The notes beneath the pieces were generated by a model. It saw only the letters and a program-made list of their open reading frames with translations. It had not been told where the DNA came from and did no database searches. Of a stretch of 64,000 nt of DNA, positions 57,161 through 64,000 are shown in pieces. Position numbers and translations under genes: made by a program. How positions within the stretch are numbered: the first letter of the stretch is position 1; every line of letters begins with the position of its first letter. Source of the stretch: Mobula hypostoma (taxonomy: Eukaryota); assembly GCF_963921235.1 (NCBI RefSeq), contig NC_086108.1:39744001-39808000 (forward strand). The letters are read 5' to 3'.

Positions 57161-57287
57161 TAATTTGCATGGCAACTTTGAGGCATCTTTGGACTTGGAA
57201 CCCAAGATCCCTCTGTTCCTCCACGCTGCTAAGAATCCTGCCATTAACTTTGTATCTGCCATTGGGTTTGATCTTCCAAAGTGTATA

Positions 57288-57672
57288 AGAATCAGAATCA
57301 GGTTTATTGTCACTGGCATGTGACGTGAAATTTGTTAACTTAGCAGCAGCAGTTCAATGCAATACATAATCTAGCAGAGAGAGAGAAAAAAAACGTAATA
57401 AATAAACAAATCAATTCCGTATATGGAATAGATTGAAAAAATGTGCAAAAACAGAAATACTGTATATTTTTAAAAAAAAGTGAAGAAGTGTTCAAAGCTT
57501 CAGTGTCCATTTAGGAATTGGATGGCAGAGGGGAAGAAGCTGTTCCTGAATCGCTGAGTGTGTGCCTTCGGGCTTCTGTATCTCCTACCTGATGGTAACA
57601 GTGAGAAAAGGGCATGCCCTGGGTGCTGGACATTCTTAATAATGGACACTGCCTTTCTGAGACACCGCTTCA
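57288..57672 (-). mobile_element. Rex1/Babar LINE 3' fragment
   Basis: ORF 57500..57727 (-) HPGHALFSLLPSGRRYRSPKAHTQRFRNSFFPSAIQFLN; (GAATCA)n tail. Confidence 0.88.
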
Positions 57673-58457
57673 TACTTCTCTTGATTGAACGCCATCTGCC
57701 ACTTCTCAGCCCAGTTTTACATCTCATTTTAACCTACGGCAGTCTTCTACACAATCCACAACACCACCAACCTTTGTGTCATTTGCAAACTTACTAATCC
57801 AACCTTGCACTTCCTCATCTAAGTTGTTTATAAAAATCACAAAGAGTGGAGATTCCTGCAGGACACCACTAGTCATATAACTCCTGGAAGAATATGCTCC
57901 AATTGCACCACCCTCTGCCTTTTGTGGGCAAGCCTTTTCTGAATTATTGGCAACAATGCAGTAATCTCTTTTCTTGCCTCCCATACTAATCTGACTTGAT
58001 CCTGGCGACTTATCTATCCTAATGTTTTTCAAAAGTTCGAACACTGCCTCATTCATAACCTGGATGTGTTCCAGCACATTAGTCTGTTCTATGCTGACCT
58101 CACATTCATCAAGGTCCTTCTCACTGGTGTATACTGAAGCAAAGTATTCATTAAAGATACCCCTTCCCTACTCTGACCCCAGACACATGTTTCATCTTTT
58201 TGCCCTGAACCTGACCCTCTCTTGAGTTATCATCTTCCTATTCACGTGTGTTGAACGCCTGGTGGTTTTGCCTAATACTACTCGCCAGGCCTTCCCATGT
58301 CCACTTATAGTTCTTGAGCTTTATCCTGGCTGCCTTATAACTCTCAAGAGCCCTGTCCGAAATTTGCTTCCTAAACCTTAAGTAAGCTTTCTCCTTCCTC
58401 TTGACTAAGTGTTCCACCTCTCTTGTCCAATATGGTTTGGGTTAAGTAGTATCACTT

Positions 58458-59212
58458 ATTATAAGACCATAAAACATAGGAGCAGAGTTAGGCCATTTGG
58501 CCCATTGAGTCTGCTCCATGCCATCATTGCTGATTTGTTAACCCTCTCAACCCCATTCTTTTGCCTTCTCCTTATAACCTTTGATGTCCTTACTAATTAA
58601 GAAACCATCAACTTCCACTTTAAATATACCCAATGATTTGGCATCCACAGCTGTCTTTGGCAATGAATTGCACAGATTCACCATGCTCTGACTAAAGAAA
58701 TTCCTCCTCGTCTCTGTTCTAAAGGGATATCTGTGTATTCTGAGGCTGTGCCATCTTGTTCAAGACTCCCCCATTATGGAAAACAGTTTCTCCATATTCT
58801 CTGTATTTAGGCCCTTCAATATTCAATAGGTTTTGATGAGATCCCCTTGATTTTCTAAACTTCAATGAGTACAGGCTCAGAGCCATCAAATGCTCCTCAT
58901 ATGGTAACACTTTCATTTCCGGGATCATTCTCTTGATTTTCCTTTTGACCCTCTCCAATGCCAGCACATCCTTTCTCGGATAAGAGGCCCAGAACTACTC
59001 AGAATACTCCTACGTGTGATCTGACCAATACCTTATAAAGTCCCAGCGCTAAATCCTTGTTTTTTAAATTCTTGTCCTCTTGAAATGAATGATAACATTG
59101 CCTTCCTTACCACAAATTTAACCTGCAAGTTCTCCTTTAGAAATCCTGCACCTCTGAGTTCTGAATTAGCTCCCCCGTTTAGAAAATGGTCTATGCTTTT
59201 ATTCCTTTTAAG
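58458..59212 (-). mobile_element. CR1 3' fragment
   Basis: Tail ATAAGACCATAA; ORF 58719..58967 (-) LALERVKRK...YEEHLMALSLYSL. Confidence 0.85.
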
Positions 59213-59894
59213 TATTCTGAAGATCATCCTGGGGCAGATTGGATGGTATGAGGGAAATGAGTTGGAGGCCAAGAAATAAAGATTGTGAAAGGGGGCTGAA
59301 GGCAATGACTTTAATATTCCCAGTCTCCAAATGGAGAAACTTATGCCCATGCATTGAATGGTGTAGATCAAGGAAGTTTGTAAACTAGGGAGTGTTAGTG
59401 AGGTAGAGTTGCATGAGTTCATCTCATGTCTGGAAATTAACAAATTTGGATGTTGCTTTTTTTTTTGAAAAGTGTTGAGGAATAAGAAGGGGCTAAGATA
59501 AATCCTTGCAGTTCACTTCAAGTAATAGTCAGAGCGATTCAGCATGGAAACTGATCCTTTGGCCCACCATCACTGTCAACCAGTGAGCACTCATCCATAT
59601 GAAACTTTCTTCGAGCACTCGGTTTATAATCTTCACTGCCAAGATGATTTAAATGCAGTTGGTAACTGTGCTTCCACCACTCTCTGGCAGGGCATTTCAG
59701 GTATTCATCATTTCCTGTGTGGGGGTAAGAAGTCCCATTCAAATCCCCTCTAAATTTCTGAGACAACCCCATCAATGTACACCTTCATACATATCCAAAT
59801 CACTTACATATATTTTAAGAAAAAGATCCCAACACTGATTCTTGAGGAATGCAATCAGTTACTTGAATCTAATCATAGAAACAGCCCTCTGCAG

Positions 59895-59896
<2 letters not shown>

Positions 59897-59925
<29 letters not shown>
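59897..59925 (+). repeat. (CT)n microsatellite
   Basis: About 14 perfect CT units. Confidence 0.95.
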
Positions 59926-59929
<4 letters not shown>

Positions 59930-61609
59930 TGTTAAGCCTTTTTTTGATCTGAGTTGCCTTGAATTAAATGGGCCCTAACTTATGGACCAGTCTCCTGTGT
60001 GGCAGGTTTGGCAGCAAGGAACAAATGAGGGATAAGAATTGCAAAAGAATACTTAAGGAGGAAATCAGTACAGATAAGTATAGATTTGGACAAATGCAGT
60101 TTTACCTAGCTATACGATGATAGAAACATTGAAGGAAGGTGGAATTGTTAAAGGATGCGGATTGACTGATAAAAGCAAGCAAAGTTTATTAATGTCATTA
60201 GCAACTTTGATTCGAGATGTTTTGATATGATGCCAGAGAATGAAGTAATTGAAAATCACGAAGAATTCAGGAGATGGGCATAAATTTCAGAGATTATGCA
60301 ATGGAATGGTAAGATTGATTGAGATGGGGTGGCACCTTGAAAAGAGGGATGGTTGAGGTTTTTGAGCTGAAGGATAATGGCAGATTTGCTGGCAATATAG
60401 CATTTCCTGAGAATAGACAATTAACAAAAAAAAGCTAACGAGAACAAAGAAATGCAAACTTTAGTCTAGTAGTCAATGAACACTGACTGATGGTCTTCGT
60501 CAATATGTCAAAGTCCATGTACCGCCCACACTGGTTGCGAGCAATAAGGGTAATGGGTGTGCAAGGTGGGATGGAAAGGGGAAAATGGGCTTGAAGATCG
60601 TTTGCAATGTGGAATGGTCAAGGACAGAGATGGGAAATTAGAGTTAGTCTGTTGGTGTTTGTAGCCAAAGTTGCAGAAAAATGATTAATGGAGATAGCTG
60701 GGATTTTAGCATGTAAGTAAGTTGGGAAAGCTACTTTTTCTTTTTTATCCCCAGGATGTATGTGGACAAAAGTGGTATTTGAAGGAATATGAGTGGTGGG
60801 CAGTACATTGAAGTATCAGAAATCACATTATCTGTTACTGAATTGGAAGCAGAAAGGTTACAAGAGATGGCAAGTACAAGGATATTTTCTTGAGTTTACA
60901 TGGAGAGTGAGATTAAGAAATGGGAGGACAATGACAAAGAATGAATTAAGATGAAGGTAGAAATTTCACAGGTTATGTTACTTGATCTATAAAGTTGAGG
61001 AAGAAGGTAACTAATGAAGATATCAGTGGAAAAATGTATGTAGTACATGGATGAATAATAGTAGGGGGCTTTAAACCAAAAGGTGAGAAGATTGGAACAA
61101 CCAAAGACGCCCCAAAACAAGAGAAAATCACAGATGTGTAGAGAGCAGTCCAGCAGGTGGAGTGGGCATGACTTGGTAAAAGGATGCACACTACTGCTGC
61201 AGTAATCTTGGCAGAACAAGTGGTGTAAGGTTGAATTAACGAAAATGCTTACTTTCAGGTGTCTTCACTAAGGTTTTTGTCAGGTTGTGGTGGTGATTTA
61301 GTTAAAGGTTCTTGAACTGGAAGAAAATGTTTAGAGAGCTGATAATTCATATTCTGGAAGGTTATTGGATATGAAAGAAATGAACAGTTCATGAAGGGTG
61401 GGAAGTTTAGTGAGAGAAAAGATTGGGGTTCCTTGCAAGGAGGTGATGGTGCCTCTCTCTGGGTAACTTGGAAGTTGAAGAGGAACACAGGAAGAAATCT
61501 TAATCATGAAGGAGTCTAGGGTGGGATGATGATAAGAGTAGAAGATTGAGTACTGTTGAAGATTTGGTATTGTATTTGGAATAACAGGTTGCTCAAGAGC
61601 CACTACAAT

Positions 61610-62925
61610 AGTCCACAATTTCCATCTGCTTCAAGAAAACCTCCATCATTCCAGTCCTCAAGGAAAATCATGTCCTGGCTCAGTGACTATTGATCATTGC
61701 CTTTAAAACTTAAGATAATGAAGTGCTTTGAAAGATTAGCCAACAGCAACACCAGCCTCCTGTTTGACCTTGGCTCCTTGTGATTTGCATACTAGAAAAC
61801 TAGGTCTCTGGAGGACACTGTATCCCTTGCACTACAAACAGCAGTAGGTCACCTTGACAATAAGAATACATTTGTCAGGATGCTCAATATCAATTACAGC
61901 ACAACTTTTAACAACCGAATACCTAAGAAGATCTATCCTAACCCTCAGTCTTAGTGCTCTCCAAAGTTCAGTGCTCAGTTCCATGTTCTACTCCATGTGC
62001 CGAAATACAGCAGCATCTTGATCATTTCTAAGTTTGCCAGTATCTCCACTGTTATTAGGTTGGATCAACAACAGTGATACAATGGAGTACAGGTATGAGA
62101 TCGTAAACCTTGTATCATGGTGTGAGAATGACAACCTAGCTCAAAATGAAAGAGCTGGTTGGGGTATGGGATAGGGTAGGGTGGGGTCGTGTGAGGGTGA
62201 TCACAACCCTGTCCTTGTCAGTGGAGCTACAATAGAGCTGGTTGATAGTTTCAGGTTCCTAGACATTCATATCATCAGTCACCTCATCTGGTCCATCCAT
62301 ACTGATGTGGTGATTTAAAAAAAACATTGGTTTCTCGGGCATCTGGAAAATTTAACTTATCCTCAAGAATTCTCTTGAACTATTACAGATGCACTTCAGA
62401 AAGCATTTTTATTGGTTGCACATCGATATAGTGTGGCAACTGCTATTCTCTGGACCAATGGAACATGCAGAGAGAAGTAAACACAACCCAGTCCATACTG
62501 GATCTTCACTTTCTTCCATGTGATCTATCTTCATAGTGGATTGCTTTAGGAAGGCTTATGGTATCATCAAGGATGCCTAATACCTTTTATCTCTTGTATT
62601 TTCTGGGAGAAGATACAGGAGCTTGAAAGACTGGATGACCATATTCCCCATTGCCATAAAATTACAAAAACAATCACCTCTTTCACATACCTTTCCTTGT
62701 GGTACTGCTGCCACATTATTGGACTCTTAATTCTACTTTTCTTGGTTACACAATTATTGTCACTAGCATTTCTTGCACTACTTCAAATTTCACTACAATC
62801 TTTGTATCATTCTGTTCTTTCGTAGTAGTTGTATTACCATGCATAGCGTTTACTCTGTGAGCTTTGTGTGAAAAGGAATTTCATTGCACTCCAGCATATA
62901 TAACTATAGGTTAGTCTGAATCTGA
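61610..62925 (+). mobile_element. Highly degenerate Rex1/Babar LINE
   Basis: CFKKTSIIPV, IMKCFERL, HLDNKNTFVRML, WCENDNL, SGRRYRSLK remnants; tail CTGAATCTGA. Confidence 0.8.
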
Positions 62926-63019
62926 GAAATGGAAGTGATGGACTTAGTAAAGAGAAGAAGAAGAGGGGAAAATATTGAAAAAGTATACTAATATTTAAGT
63001 AGGAAACCTTGCTAATGTA

Positions 63020-63572
63020 CAAATTATTATGTTTTATACAGAGCATTTGGAGTATTCTGTACAATTTTAGTCTCCTAACATAAGAAAGGAATATACTATT
63101 AGACGGAGTGAGTCTTCAGTGCACAAGATTGGTTCCAGACATGCTGTTGTAACAGGGGAGATTAGAGAATATAGTCCAACTGTATTTTCAAGAATAAGAA
63201 CTGCTTTTTTTTTAATTGAAGCGAAAGGGATGACAGGCAAAACGCAGATACTCAGACCTAAATAGCTTATGTCTTATTCTGAGACTGAACTCTGGCTGAT
63301 CAATTCAAACCCAGAGTTGGAGCCTCACAAATAGGGGTAGGGCATTTAGGAGTGAAATGAGAAGTTTTCATACTCAGTGAGTAGTGAACTATTGGAATTC
63401 TGAGGGTTGTGGAGGCTTGGTCTTTTATGTTCATTCAAAACAAGGATTGGTAGATTTCTGGATTTTAATTGAATCAAGGAATATGTAGATACTGCAGTAA
63501 AATGGTACAGGTGTAAAATTGGCAATGATCTCAATGAATAGTGAGGAAGGTTTTAAGGACTAGGTGGCTGCT
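63020..63572 (+). mobile_element. Highly degenerate CR1 3' fragment
   Basis: CATTTGGAGTATTCTGTACAATTTT, GCATTTAGGAGTGAAATGAG, ACTCAGTGAGTAGTGAACTATTGGAATTC. Confidence 0.65.
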
Positions 63573-63735
63573 GTTATTTTTTGGTTGTTTTGAAAAAGAT
63601 TATAGTAATAGGGAATGATTGAGATCTAGACTTAATATCCAAAGGTAGTATGGTTAAAGATGAGGTGTAGTCTATATGAAGTATTGGTGAACCATCTTCC
63701 AGCTTCAAAAATAGGTGACTCATTTGAATGAAGTT

Positions 63736-64000
63736 CAGAATCGGAATCAGAATCAGATTTAATATCACCAACAAATTAGTTGTTATGTGGTAGCTGTACA
63801 TTGCAATACACAATAAAAATTATTAAAAACATTAAGTAAATAGTGCATGAAGAGAAAAAAGCATTAAGAGCATTAATGATGGCAGAGGGGAAGAAGCTAT
63901 ACCTGAATCATTGAGTATGTGCCTTCAGGCTCCTGTACCACCTCCCTGATGGTAGCGGTGAGAAGAGGGTATGTCCTGGGTGATGAGGGTCCTTAATGAT
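63736..64000 (-). mobile_element. Rex1/Babar LINE 3' end (runs off window end)
   Basis: (GAATCA)n tail; GATGGCAGAGGGGAAGAAGCT...CCTCCCTGATGG as in 57288-57672. Confidence 0.85.

Larger units (their letters stand above)
56465..58435 (-). mobile_element. Degenerate CR1 LINE with nested PLE and Rex1 fragments
   Basis: ORF 57724..58077 (-) IRIDKSPG, MTSGVLQ, ISKFANDTKVGGVVD; RGIEFK...MLQLYKTL; tail at about 56465. Confidence 0.85.

Noticed and set aside
59220..61600. Purine-rich stretch suggestive of very old minus-strand L2/PLE remnants
   Set aside because: A PQGSILGPLLF-like trace near 59480-59520 is suggestive, but the region is too decayed to assign family or boundaries by eye.
263..63813. 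The many 60-200 aa ORFs in the track without recognisable motifs
   Set aside because: Most are antisense or shifted-frame readings of LINE/PLE/transposon sequence or chance ORFs in AT-rich DNA; no host protein similarity recognised.
1..64000. CRISPR arrays, operons, tRNA/rRNA genes or other prokaryote-type systems
   Set aside because: No regularly spaced repeat-spacer pattern or structural RNA gene seen; composition and repeats are those of a vertebrate genome.

Overview
This is eukaryotic, AT-rich, repeat-dense genomic DNA, most likely from a cartilaginous fish (ray/shark). That call rests on an HE1-type V-SINE plus the mix of CR1, Rex1/Babar and Penelope families. By my coordinate tally about two-thirds of the window is recognisable transposable element, often nested 2-3 deep. 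The elements are CR1 LINEs (two near full-length), Rex1/Babar LINEs (one with an open 496-aa RT ORF), Neptune-type Penelope-like elements (PLEs), a decayed Gypsy element, a solo LTR, an IR/DR Tc1, Tigger/pogo elements, a fold-back mariner MITE and a SINE. I could not support any host exon, tRNA/rRNA gene or CRISPR array, so the window looks intronic or intergenic. Two signals stand out. (1) About 13 copies of a minimal type-I hammerhead ribozyme motif (stem I-CTGANGA-stem II-GAAAC-GTC-stem I') sit at PLE termini. Two copies are intact and lie in a 146-bp block that is identical at both loci, and several are in tiny (96-213 bp), often fold-back insertions, three with clear TSDs. This looks like a recently active ribozyme-bearing mini-retroelement system. 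(2) Two Tigger-type DNA transposon families closely match, from memory, the eutherian Tigger3a/MER7A and MER82 consensus sequences, suggesting horizontal transfer. Family names are from recall, not database searches, and boundaries of degenerate repeats are approximate.
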